A DNA stretch of 45,222 nucleotides from a virus (IMGVR_UViG_3300020045_004499:1-45222); one strand, 5' to 3'. Counted from the first letter of the stretch, positions 1 to 8,567 are shown. Notes: generated by a model from the sequence alone, not told the origin. Made by a program: numbers and translations.

Positions 1-399
1 TGGTATGCCATGAAGTCGTTTAAGCGTCATGGCGTTGTGGGCGCTGTCTACGCCGTCGGGAGCAATGGAGAAACTCTTGAGTGCCTTCATAGGGTAATCA
101 TGAGCGCCCCAAAGGGCCTGTTTGTCGATCACATAGACGGCAACGGATTGAATAATATTAGGTCTAACCTCCGACTGTGCACGAACGCCGAAAACATGCG
201 CAACACGGGCCTACTTCCAAACAACACGTCAGGCGCTAAGGGCGTCAGGTGGCATAAAGCCTCCGGGAAGTGGCAGGTTTGCATTACATGCGACGGGGTC
301 AAGCACGGCCTTGGGACCTTCACAGACTTTGACGCCGCCGTAGTCGCAGCAGAGGCGGGCCGCAAGCGGCTGCATGGAAGCTTTGCGAGGCAAGCATGA
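1..399 (+). CDS. HNH endonuclease with C-terminal AP2-like DNA-binding domain (probably 5'-truncated by the window edge)
   Basis: LHRVIM...VDHIDGNGLNNIRSNLRLCT..ENMRN (HNH_3 type) followed by NTSGAKGVRW...KWQVCI...LGTF (AP2-like). The frame is open from base 1; first ATG at 10. Confidence 0.85.
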   Translation, partial: WYAMKSFKRHGVVGAVYAVGSNGETLECLHRVIMSAPKGLFVDHIDGNGLNNIRSNLRLCTNAENMRNTGLLPNNTSGAKGVRWHKASGKWQVCITCDGVKHGLGTFTDFDAAVVAAEAGRKRLHGSFARQA

Positions 400-710
400 A
401 GCACATGGATTTTCAATCGCACCAATTCGAGCGTGTCACCAACGGCGATTATCGCGCCCGCGTGCGGTCGGTGGTGGGCACGGACGGCTGGACCGCCGCA
501 ATGGATTTGCACCTGATCGAAAACGCATGGCGGGGCGTCCCTGTTGGCCTGATCGTGGCGACCATGGGCGTGCAGCCGGGGCAGACCATCACGCCACAGC
601 AAGCGGTTGCGCGGCGCAAGGCTATCATCGCGGCGATTACGTATCGGGATGATGTGATCGGTAAGGGCTGCCATGGTGACACGTCCACGGGCCTTGCAGG
701 GTCGGCATAA
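396..710 (+). CDS. hypothetical protein; 3' end runs antisense into the truncated packaging HNH
   Basis: ATGA overlap with the upstream HNH-AP2 stop; no recognisable motif. Confidence 0.45.
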   Translation: MKHMDFQSHQFERVTNGDYRARVRSVVGTDGWTAAMDLHLIENAWRGVPVGLIVATMGVQPGQTITPQQAVARRKAIIAAITYRDDVIGKGCHGDTSTGLAGSA

Positions 711-854
711 TGGCTCGCGGCGCCGCTGCCGAAGAGAGGCTTCTGTCCAGCGGCGCGAGGAGTAGAACTTGCGCTCATCGTCGGTTTTGGTGTCACGGTA
801 TTCGTTGTCCTGTGCTGGCTTGCTGTAGAGCCTGGGCAGCAGCGTCACCGACAT
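640..854 (-). pseudogene. packaging-associated HNH endonuclease (HK97 gp74-like), N-terminal half only
   Basis: FYSSRRW...REPLCRPC...DHIIPIR is the typical first half. The expected NLxxLCxxCH second half is absent in all three - strand frames after about 640. Confidence 0.7.
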
Positions 855-1078
855 GGATCACCTGTCTCAGCATCCGTGCGCTTGATTCGCTGCCAGATCG
901 GGTCCCACTGTAGTGTTTTGAGTGTAGCCAGAGCCTTGCTTCGGGAAGCGGTAGGGCGGATTTCGTAGAACGGATCGAAGGGCGTGGGGACATTGCGGCT
1001 ATGCGAAGAAATCACGGCGCCGATCTTACCGAAGATTGCTTTTCGCTCGGCGCGTGTTTGTGGTGTTGGCTTCGGCAT
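845..1078 (-). CDS. hypothetical basic protein upstream of the packaging HNH
   Basis: 77-aa ORF whose stop overlaps the HNH start region; same orientation as the late operon. Confidence 0.5.
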   Translation of the reverse strand: MPKPTPQTRAERKAIFGKIGAVISSHSRNVPTPFDPFYEIRPTASRSKALATLKTLQWDPIWQRIKRTDAETGDPCR

Positions 1079-1520
1079 CTACTGTTGGTTGGAGGCAGCG
1101 TCTCGACGAATTAGCTGCAAGCATACACTACTGTGTCAAGGGTTTATCACTGGAGCCACAGCGCCACAAAAATACCGGAGGCAGCACCAGCTGCAACAGC
1201 GATCAAGAGCACAAAGTCGATAGGTGATTGATCGCTGTCCAAATCTACCATTGATGACCTCCCACGAGTCCATATGCAGCCCCCATCTTATCCCTCGTGT
1301 CAAGTCTCATACTGAGAGTTAAATAGCTTGAGATACCGCACTACTAACGTATCTTGCGTGCTACACAGATTCTCTTTCCCCTTACAACGCCTTAGCATCA
1401 TCTTTGGTATCTCTCTCTATAAAGTCTCAGGAGATGACTGTATAGCGTTATACGGGATAAGAGATTCTGCGTGACACGAAGAAACGAATGGTGGTAGCAT
1501 GTATCCGGAGGTACATAGGC

Positions 1521-1919
1521 ATGGGTGGTAAGAACATAACAGGAAGAACGGGAATACCGTTCGCAGGATACACGTCGATGAGACAGTATTGGATAGCGCG
1601 GCGGGAGGAAAGAAAGCGCGATATAGCTGCTCGGGTCGCGATGATCGAGCAGGCTAATCAGCGCGAGAAGGAGCGAAGAGACCAGCACTATCTCGCATGG
1701 ATTGCAGCCCGGTGTGCGGAGGCGGAAACCTACGGCGCGGATAGCAAGCGCCTGCGGGAGTCCTATGTCTCATGGTGCGCCGAGACCGGAGTTCCGGAAG
1801 AAAGCAAAGTGGCGTGGGGACGCTGGATGATCGCGCGGTATAGGCGCCGGTCGTCGCGCGTCGGAACGAAGACCGCCCGCGTCTACCTGGGCATCGGCGT
1901 GCTGCCACGCAACCCGTAG
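1521..1919 (+). CDS. DNA-binding protein: coiled coil plus winged-helix domain resembling the D5/P4-alpha helicase C-terminal domain
   Basis: GGAGG at 1507-1511 then ATG 1521. C-terminal WIAARC...LRESYVSWC..G....SKVAWGRWM..RYRR...VYLGI aligns by eye with the C-terminus of the helicase at 5907-7295. Confidence 0.7.
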   Translation: MGGKNITGRTGIPFAGYTSMRQYWIARREERKRDIAARVAMIEQANQREKERRDQHYLAWIAARCAEAETYGADSKRLRESYVSWCAETGVPEESKVAWGRWMIARYRRRSSRVGTKTARVYLGIGVLPRNP

Positions 1920-1953
1920 TGGTGTCGGATCTCGACACACTAGGGATTGTGGT

Positions 1954-2049
1954 TGTAAGGCTAGCCTTACAGTTCGCGATGTTGGCCTAAGTCGTGATGG
2001 ATCATAGGGTTACGTGGATCTATGGTTTTCAGTGTAAGGCTAGCCTTAC
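1954..2049. repeat. two copies of the perfect palindrome GTAAGGCTAGCCTTAC (1955-1970, 2034-2049); candidate origin/operator sites
   Basis: Read directly. The first copy extends to an 18-bp palindrome (1954-1971); an extra GTAAGG half-site lies at 2072-2077. Confidence 0.85.
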
Positions 2050-2145
2050 GTTCTATGGGATATAGATTTCGGTAAGGTGTTGATTTTGGGCATGTTAGCG
2101 TTTGGTAGTCGGGTTGCTATATGTATGGCATGGAGGGAACGAACA

Positions 2146-2400
2146 TTGAAAGCAGTAGTCCACGATATTTTTGAAACCAAGCGGATGGTCAACAATTGGG
2201 ATGAGTTCACGGGAACCTTCCGCGCCACGATCAAAGTCGAGCCTCCGCTCCCTACTCGCGCCGGAATTGATATCGCATACCCGGTCTACGATCTGCCGGG
2301 CCGTGGCGGACGCATTACGCGAGCCGCGGCGAAGGCGATTGCCACAGAAATCGAGTCTGGTATCTGGCCGGCCGACATTCGCGGGTTCGTCGGCTGCTGA
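2146..2400 (+). CDS. hypothetical protein
   Basis: GGAGGG at 2132-2137 then in-frame TTG 2146, within ORF 2077..2400. Confidence 0.6.
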   Translation: MKAVVHDIFETKRMVNNWDEFTGTFRATIKVEPPLPTRAGIDIAYPVYDLPGRGGRITRAAAKAIATEIESGIWPADIRGFVGC

Positions 2401-2461
2401 TTTTCCGCCCGCGCGGTCCCGCTCACTGAAGCGGCGCGCGGGATTGAAGGAGGAGACGAAA

Positions 2462-2725
2462 ATGAAAGACATGAAGAAAGTAATCACGTACCAACACGCA
2501 TACGTCGGCGGCCAGACGACGCTTTGCGACGAGTGCGCTGGCAAGAGACTGAGCAACAGCGGGATCACCTGGATTCCCACCGAGGCGACGGAGCATTTCC
2601 CCTCGTTGGGACCGGTGTCGCATGGGGCGCATGATGGGGCCTGCGATTGGTGCGATAGAGATTTGGATGCGGCCGATGAAACCCTGGAGCAAAACGACCG
2701 CCGTTATGCTCTCGGATCACTCTAG
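2462..2725 (+). CDS. hypothetical protein with two CxxC motifs (putative Zn binding)
   Basis: AAGGAGGAG RBS, ATG 2462; CDEC and CDWC. Confidence 0.7.
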   Translation: MKDMKKVITYQHAYVGGQTTLCDECAGKRLSNSGITWIPTEATEHFPSLGPVSHGAHDGACDWCDRDLDAADETLEQNDRRYALGSL

Positions 2726-2811
2726 AGATTGTCCGCGAGGATGAACGCCGAGGCTTCGCCCTTGTTTCGCGCGGCCACCAAAACGCTTTTTGAGTAGAAA
2801 GGAAAACGACC

Positions 2812-3513
2812 ATGCTTCACGAGATCAAACATTGGGACGGCCGAGTTATTGCGACCAAAGAAGGCGACACGCTTGCTCTTGCCCTTCAGGCGCTTGTTAG
2901 CGAGCGCGCTGACCTGACGGGCGCTGACCTGAGGGGCGCTGTCCTGACGGGCGCTGACCTGAGGGGCGCTGACCTGACGGGCGCTGACCTGACGGACGCT
3001 GTCCTGACGGGCGCTGTCCTGAGGGGCGCTGACCTGACGGACGCTGACCTGACGGGCGCTGTCCTGAGGGACGCTGTCCTGAGGGGCGCTGACCTGACGG
3101 GCGCTGTCCTGAGGGACGCTGTCCTGAGGGGCGCTGACCTGACGGGCGCTGTCCTGAGGGACGCTGTCCTGAGGGGCGCTGACCTGACGGGCGCTGTCCT
3201 GAGGGGTATCCCGACAGTTGATAACCTTCACAGCGAAATGCTCAAGGCTATCGAAGCCGGCGGATCTCTGGAAATGGGAAGCTGGCACACCTGCGAAACG
3301 ACGCACTGCCGCGCTGGATGGGCTATTACTCTTGCTGGCGCCGCAGGTAAGGCGCTTGAATCTAGCATCGGACCTGCCGCGGCGGGCGCACTAATCACTC
3401 TCCGTTCCTGCCCATGGATGGAAATGGTTCCGAACTTTTACGCGAACAACGAAGCCGCCATGGTCGACATTAAGGCATGCGCCGAGCGAGAGAAAGCGGA
3501 GGCCGCGAAGTGA
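2812..3513 (+). CDS. pentapeptide repeat protein
   Basis: 20 consecutive A[D/V]L[T/R][G/D] units, then a C-terminal [19 protein letters not shown] domain. Confidence 0.92.
   Translation: MLHEIKHWDGRVIATKEGDTLALALQALVSERADLTGADLRGAVLTGADLRGADLTGADLTDAVLTGAVLRGADLTDADLTGAVLRDAVLRGADLTGAVLRDAVLRGADLTGAVLRDAVLRGADLTGAVLRGIPTVDNLHSEMLKAIEAGGSLEMGSWHTCETTHCRAGWAITLAGAAGKALESSIGPAAAGALITLRSCPWMEMVPNFYANNEAAMVDIKACAEREKAEAAK
2908..3207 (+). repeat. 20 x 15-bp coding tandem repeat
   Basis: Unit GCT G[A/T]C CTG A[C/G]G G[G/A]C. Confidence 0.95.
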
Positions 3514-4007
3514 ACCAAACACCCTCCAACCGCGTCCCCGGACTTGCCGAGTCCAGAGACGCGGAAGTCACGGCCCTCCGGGAGGCCCTCGAGGAATGCC
3601 GGCGCGAACTCATCCCACTGCGCGACCAGGCGGACGCCAACGGCGAACGCTGGGCGCGCGACATGGCCGAGATGAACCAGCTTGACTCAGAGATAGCCGA
3701 CGCGCGATCCACCATCGCCGCGCAGGCCGCCACCATCGCGGACTTGCACAGGATCTTCGATACGGAAATCGACGAGACTGTGCAACTGCGCCGTGATCTG
3801 GCATTCGCCCGGGAGCAACTCGCTCACCGGGATGCGCTCATCGAACTCATGCGGGCCGCGCTACCGGCTCCAGAACCGCCGCGTACCATCACGTTTTCGG
3901 CGCCAGCAGCGGTTAGCGGCGGATGGTGCCAGGAATGCTCAGCGCGGCCGGGAGAGGCGCATTATGCCGGGTGCGCGTACAGCGTGCCGGGAGAGGCGCG
4001 ATCATGA
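3510..4007 (+). CDS. coiled-coil hypothetical protein with C-terminal CxxC...HxxxC
   Basis: GTGA overlap with the upstream stop; heptad-rich; WCQEC...HYAGC. Confidence 0.7.
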   Translation: MNQTPSNRVPGLAESRDAEVTALREALEECRRELIPLRDQADANGERWARDMAEMNQLDSEIADARSTIAAQAATIADLHRIFDTEIDETVQLRRDLAFAREQLAHRDALIELMRAALPAPEPPRTITFSAPAAVSGGWCQECSARPGEAHYAGCAYSVPGEARS

Positions 4008-4324
4008 AATGGATTGCCCGCGAAAAGGGACCCTTCGGCTTCCTCATGGACGGCCTGAACTACTACGAGATCGACGATGCATCACCGGGCGCAGTAGACG
4101 GCCAGAACGGCTTTCACGTCTCGGGATGGATGTTGCCTGAGCACGCGCGACTCATCGCCGCCGCGCCGCAACTGGCGGATTTTGTCCGAGATCTCGCGAA
4201 TATGGTCGCCAGCGGCGAACTCGTAGAAGACGGCGAGCCTTTCCGCCACGATCCCGAGGATGCAGCCGCGATACTCGACAATATCATCAGGCTTGCCCGC
4301 GAAGCCATAGTGGAGGCGCAATGA
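4004..4324 (+). CDS. hypothetical phage protein (ARLIAAAP motif)
   Basis: ATGA overlap; the ARLIAAAP motif is frequent in small phage early proteins. Confidence 0.75.
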   Translation: MKWIAREKGPFGFLMDGLNYYEIDDASPGAVDGQNGFHVSGWMLPEHARLIAAAPQLADFVRDLANMVASGELVEDGEPFRHDPEDAAAILDNIIRLAREAIVEAQ

Positions 4325-4665
4325 GCTACCCAATTCACGAGCCCACGCCGAAAATTGCAACCTTCTGCCGCGTACCAGACTGCGGAGAGCCCGTGTACTG
4401 GGAAGAGAGCGAGGACGGGCTCTATTACGTGTGCCAGGGATGCCGCGCCATGCCGGTCCCGATCATTGACGAATGCGATTCGATCGAGAACGAGGACGGC
4501 GAAACGGTAGGCTGCGCCGGTCCCAAACTCGGATGCCTGGATTGCCACGGCGCTGGATATCCTGCCGATCATCAATCGCGCTACGGCTCCATCGTGGACC
4601 GCTGGCGCCGGATCACGAACACGCTCGACTGCGGCGAATGCGGCGAGCCTTTGGTCACTTGGTAA
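4321..4665 (+). CDS. Cys-rich zinc-finger-like protein
   Basis: CRVPDC, CQGC, CLDC and CGEC motifs; ATGA overlap. Confidence 0.7.
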   Translation: MSYPIHEPTPKIATFCRVPDCGEPVYWEESEDGLYYVCQGCRAMPVPIIDECDSIENEDGETVGCAGPKLGCLDCHGAGYPADHQSRYGSIVDRWRRITNTLDCGECGEPLVTW

Positions 4666-4675
4666 AGGAGGAGGG

Positions 4676-4870
4676 ATGGACTCAACAATGGAACTAGCCA
4701 AAACGCGAGAAGCCGACGTCCAGGCGCTCCGGCGGCGGAACGCCGAATACGGCAACGACACCACGCGCAGCCCGCTGGAGATTGTGGGAGAGATGGAGGC
4801 GAAAGTTGGAGGCACTAACAACCTTATCGCCGAACTCCGCACCAGCCTCGCGGAACGGAATGTGCGATGA
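4676..4870 (+). CDS. hypothetical protein (LAxTREADVQALR motif)
   Basis: AAGGAGG RBS; N-terminus shared with 5259..5471. Confidence 0.7.
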   Translation: MDSTMELAKTREADVQALRRRNAEYGNDTTRSPLEIVGEMEAKVGGTNNLIAELRTSLAERNVR

Positions 4871-5259
4871 GCCGGTCTGGATACTCCTACGATCACACCG
4901 AATGGGAACTCATCATCTGGCGCGGGGCTGTGCTTTCTGCGTTGCGCGGTAAGCGCGGTCAAGCATTCCTCCGCGAGATGCGGGAAGCCTTGACACCGCT
5001 GAAATCTCTCACTGTCGGAGACCTTGAGACGCCAGAAGGCGAAGTCTGCGCCCTTGGCGCTGTCGGTAGACTGCGGGGGCTGGATCTCATGACAGTTGAC
5101 CCTTACGATCGCGAAGGCATCGCCAAAACATTCGGCATCGCTGAAGCAATGGCGGCCGAAATTATGGACGAAAACGACTCTTTCCGTCATGAAGCGCCCG
5201 AAGCACGTCACGCTCGCATGCTGCGGTGGGTCGAATCCAACATCAAGGAGACAGTTTAA
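4867..5259 (+). CDS. conserved phage hypothetical protein (MSRSGY...WRGAV.SA.RGKRGQAFL family)
   Basis: Recognisable N-terminal signature and VCALGAV motif; ATGA overlap. Confidence 0.8.
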   Translation: MSRSGYSYDHTEWELIIWRGAVLSALRGKRGQAFLREMREALTPLKSLTVGDLETPEGEVCALGAVGRLRGLDLMTVDPYDREGIAKTFGIAEAMAAEIMDENDSFRHEAPEARHARMLRWVESNIKETV

Positions 5260-5471
5260 TGGACGCCACGCAGCAACTGGCCGACACGCGCGAAGCCGAC
5301 GTCCAGGCGCTGCGGCGCCGGATTGCGGAATACAAACAGGCCCTGGGCGAGATCGCCTACATTGCCGCCGCGCAGGTCGAAATGTGCGAGATTGCGCCGG
5401 CTGGCATGGACATGGTCCGCGAGCGCATGCTGGCCATTATCGAGCGCATTGACCGACTGGAGGCGAAATGA
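5259..5471 (+). CDS. hypothetical protein (LAxTREADVQALR motif)
   Basis: TAATG overlap with the upstream stop; AAGGAG RBS. Confidence 0.7.
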   Translation: MDATQQLADTREADVQALRRRIAEYKQALGEIAYIAAAQVEMCEIAPAGMDMVRERMLAIIERIDRLEAK

Positions 5472-5731
5472 GCAACTTTACCGACGAGCTTACCGCTCTC
5501 ACGAACCTCTCGTTTGACTGCGGCGCATGGCAGCAAGAGACCCACGATGAACCATACGATCACTACTTTGCGGCATCTACCGAAGCCCGCGAAAAGGTTG
5601 TCGCGCAGTACGCCAAGCTACGCCAGGCTTTGGCAAAAATCGAAAGCCTCTGCGGTAGTCCTGACTCTGAAAGAATGGCGCAAAGGGAAGATATTTACAC
5701 CATTGCGCGCTCGGCGCTGGAGGACTTATGA
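5468..5731 (+). CDS. hypothetical protein
   Basis: GGAGG RBS, ATGA overlap. Confidence 0.7.
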   Translation: MSNFTDELTALTNLSFDCGAWQQETHDEPYDHYFAASTEAREKVVAQYAKLRQALAKIESLCGSPDSERMAQREDIYTIARSALEDL

Positions 5732-5874
5732 ATCAATGCCATTGCCGTCAAAACCCCTGCGTCTGCGACCTGCTCGCGCTGGAGGAAGTCGGCTCCACCG
5801 CCATAGACCGGCTCACCGTGATCGTGTTCGGCTGCCTGATCGTCCTCTTCGCCGCCTACCTGATTCTGTCTTAA
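5728..5874 (+). CDS. small Cys-rich membrane protein (48 aa; not in the ORF track)
   Basis: MNQCHCRQNPCVCDLLALEEVGSTAIDRLTVIVFGCLIVLFAAYLILS; GGAGG RBS, ATGA overlap, C-terminal hydrophobic segment. Confidence 0.65.
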   Translation: MNQCHCRQNPCVCDLLALEEVGSTAIDRLTVIVFGCLIVLFAAYLILS

Positions 5875-5887
5875 ATCAGCCTGCCAA

Positions 5888-5904
5888 GGGGCCGCAATGG
5901 CCCC
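5888..5904. terminator. GC hairpin between convergent gene blocks
   Basis: GGGGCC-GCAAT-GGCCCC; weak U-tracts. Confidence 0.5.
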
Positions 5905-5906
5905 GT

Positions 5907-7295
5907 TCACCGCGCCCAAACCGCCTCCCGCTGCAAGTCGAGCCCCTCGTACCAATAAGAGCCTGACTTGCGCGTCCGTCGGTACCGCGTGGACATCCAT
6001 TCCCCCCAACGCGTCTGAGAGACGGCGCCCTCGCCACGGGACTCCTTCCATGCCTTATAGCTCTTGTACATCTCTGCGGCCGCGCCATACCGTTCCTCGC
6101 CGACGTCGCAACACTCCGCAATCCACATATCCGGCGTGCTTTGCGCCTCGAAGTACAAGTCGGTTTCGTCTTGGACAGCCTTGCATTTCCGGAGATAGCC
6201 ATCATGAAGCCACGTCTCATGCCCATCGATCAGCCATGCCAGGATCTGCGGAGCCTCTGCCCTCAACTTCTTCGCCATGTCGGGATCGCGCGCCTCTGGC
6301 GGGAAATGCGCCCGAAAGGGCACGATGTGCAGCCGCGCCCGGAGTGCGGGATCGACCACGCGCAGCAAGGGCCGATGGTTCCCGTAGACCAAATGCTTGT
6401 GCGTTCTGGTGAACTCGAAGAAATCCTGCCGCATGAAGCGGGCGGAGATCATGGCATCGCCGGTTAGGCTCTTGATCCGCTGCTCGTTGAAGTAAGAGCC
6501 TTCTTCGACCTCTGAGCTGATAGCCAGACGGACGCCGCGCAGGTTCGCCAGGTCGGTCGGATGCTTCGGCCCGTGCTTGTCGGTCATGAGCGTTTCGGCC
6601 GGGATGACTTTCGCATAGTCTCCCAGAATCCACTCAATGAGATCGCCCAGCGTGTTTTTGCCGTTCTGCCCGGTCCCGTACCAAAACAGCAGGAAGTTAT
6701 CCTGAATTGCCCCCGACAAACAGGCGCCCAACGACCGCTGGTGATAGTCAGCAAGCGCGGAATCCTCTAGCGTGATGTCTCGTAGGAAACGGTCGAAGAT
6801 CGGATGCGGCCCAGCCTGCGGCGCCACACGGGAGCAGCGGGTGATATGGTCTGTTTTTTTGTGGCGCCGCAGTTCGCCAGAGCGCAAGTCCTGCGTGTTG
6901 GCCGGGGAGTTGAACAGCATGGAATCCCGGTCCCACTGCTCGGGAAGCGTGGCGAACGTGCGTGAGCTGCGCGCCAGAAACTCCACACCGCGGGCAAAGG
7001 ATGCCTTTGACGGCGCCTTGGAGCCTGTCCGGTTGGCGTCCCTGGCGAGAAGGCGGGCATAGTGGAACGCCAACAGCGTCCGCTCCTGCGCCCAACGGGA
7101 TTTATCCCAGATAAACCAGTGTCCCCACGCATCGCAATAGCGAAGCTGGTTCGCGTACTGCGCCTCGAAGGTTCTGGCAATGTTGTCTTCCGTGGGGTCC
7201 GTGAGCGCGGCAAGTTCGGACGGCCCCGGCAAGTTCAATTGCCGGAGAAGTTCAGGGTCAACAGCTTCTGGGTCTTGATGGACCGTATCGCTCAC
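5907..7295 (-). CDS. D5/P4-family SF3 replicative helicase (D5_N + SF3 + C-terminal winged helix), lacking a primase catalytic domain
   Basis: LRYCDAWGHWFIWDKSRW (D5_N), Walker A YGTGQNGKNT, LRGVRLAISSE, IKSLTGD...ARF, GNHRP, RARLHIVPF. Confidence 0.93.
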   Translation of the reverse strand: MSDTVHQDPEAVDPELLRQLNLPGPSELAALTDPTEDNIARTFEAQYANQLRYCDAWGHWFIWDKSRWAQERTLLAFHYARLLARDANRTGSKAPSKASFARGVEFLARSSRTFATLPEQWDRDSMLFNSPANTQDLRSGELRRHKKTDHITRCSRVAPQAGPHPIFDRFLRDITLEDSALADYHQRSLGACLSGAIQDNFLLFWYGTGQNGKNTLGDLIEWILGDYAKVIPAETLMTDKHGPKHPTDLANLRGVRLAISSEVEEGSYFNEQRIKSLTGDAMISARFMRQDFFEFTRTHKHLVYGNHRPLLRVVDPALRARLHIVPFRAHFPPEARDPDMAKKLRAEAPQILAWLIDGHETWLHDGYLRKCKAVQDETDLYFEAQSTPDMWIAECCDVGEERYGAAAEMYKSYKAWKESRGEGAVSQTRWGEWMSTRYRRTRKSGSYWYEGLDLQREAVWAR

Positions 7296-7987
7296 TCGCC
7301 AAACCTCATAACTTCTTGGGAGAGCCGCTTGGCGGCTATCTCGCAGTAGCGCTCCTCGATCTCGATGCCGATAGCTGGCTTCCCAAGGTTTTTGGCTGCC
7401 AGCAGTGTCGTACCAGCCCCAGAGAACGGATCAATGATAGAATCACCACCGAACCACTTGACGAGCCATTTAACGTGATCTAACTTCCGAGACGCGACGT
7501 GATCCAAGTGATCCAGCGACAGGTTCTTACTGTCGCGATTTCTGCCCCAGCCGCGCTTCTGGTCGCCATCATTACGCCTGCTGACCGCAATAGTCCTACC
7601 CGGAATTGTCCGCATGCCTTCAGGTGGATGCAAAGTACCGAACGCATAGGCGACGTCAGCATCTCGTACTAACTGCCCCAGATAGCCACAGGGAATGAAC
7701 TCGAGATAGCACACTCGTTGAAATGGGAAACGGCTCGGAACCGCAGTGAGGAAGCGTGGATCACTGTGCATACCAAGATGGATCACAACACGCGAAACAG
7801 TCGCTACCTCGATGGCTTCTGAAAGAAGCAGCTTTGCGTCGATGCCTGGGAAAATGTGCTCACAATTCGGCCAAACTGGATCTGTGATGATGCACTCAGC
7901 CTCCAGCGTCGGCAGAATCTCACGGCAATCCCCGTGATAAATCGTGATGCCTGCGTGGGAATAGTATGGCGTCAACTGCAACCTCAT
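7292..7987 (-). CDS. N6-A/N4-C DNA methyltransferase (beta-class order)
   Basis: IYHGDC, ITDPVW (DPPY-like motif IV), IIDPFSGAGTT (motif I), IGIEIEERYCEIA. Confidence 0.9.
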   Translation of the reverse strand: MRLQLTPYYSHAGITIYHGDCREILPTLEAECIITDPVWPNCEHIFPGIDAKLLLSEAIEVATVSRVVIHLGMHSDPRFLTAVPSRFPFQRVCYLEFIPCGYLGQLVRDADVAYAFGTLHPPEGMRTIPGRTIAVSRRNDGDQKRGWGRNRDSKNLSLDHLDHVASRKLDHVKWLVKWFGGDSIIDPFSGAGTTLLAAKNLGKPAIGIEIEERYCEIAAKRLSQEVMRFGE

Positions 7988-8108
7988 TCCGCAACCACGT
8001 TTTTAGGGGAGTAATTTGCCGGGGGCCAGAGGGCCGGGTTGCGGAGCCTGCCTCGGTGATGATCCTGGGCAGCCCCCGGCGGGGGTTAGTTTACACCATA
8101 GCAGGGCT

Positions 8109-8567
8109 TCATATTTTCAACTCCCCCGCCAACTGATCGAGCCGCCACTCCATGTAAGCCCGATCCTGAAACAGCTTCACCGGCGGTCCGTCCTCTCCCC
8201 AATCGTCGAAGGCGAGCAATCTATCACGCAAGTCAAGGTCCTGGGCGATGGCGAAATACTCATCCATCATCGCCACACGTTCAGCCTCCCGCGCCTCGCG
8301 AACCTGCCGCATGGCGTCCTTCGCCTCGCGGCCAGACGCCTTGCCACCCTCAAACAAGGCGCTCCACGGGAGCCCCATGACGGTTAACAGCCGTTTGGCG
8401 TCAGCGCCGCAGCCGTAGCACTTGATGAGCAACCGGCCTTCTTTGAGCACGCCGACAAATGACGGCGTTTTTTCGTCGTGAGCCGGACAACAGGCCTGAA
8501 ACTTTGTTCCGCCGTAGAGTTCGCGGAAGCCGCGCAGGGATCGGAAGGGGGCGAAAAGATGGCTCAT
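8109..8567 (-). CDS. stand-alone primase-type CHC2 zinc-binding protein
   Basis: CPAHDEKTPS...CYGCG; no TOPRIM or AEP domain follows. Confidence 0.85.
   Translation of the reverse strand: MSHLFAPFRSLRGFRELYGGTKFQACCPAHDEKTPSFVGVLKEGRLLIKCYGCGADAKRLLTVMGLPWSALFEGGKASGREAKDAMRQVREAREAERVAMMDEYFAIAQDLDLRDRLLAFDDWGEDGPPVKLFQDRAYMEWRLDQLAGELKI

Noticed and set aside
129-854. 241-aa ORF as one intact protein
   Set aside because: Only the first ~70 aa look like HNH; the rest is the antisense of two + strand genes.
2722-3306. Antisense ORF with [10 protein letters not shown] repeats
   Set aside because: Shadow of the pentapeptide repeat gene.
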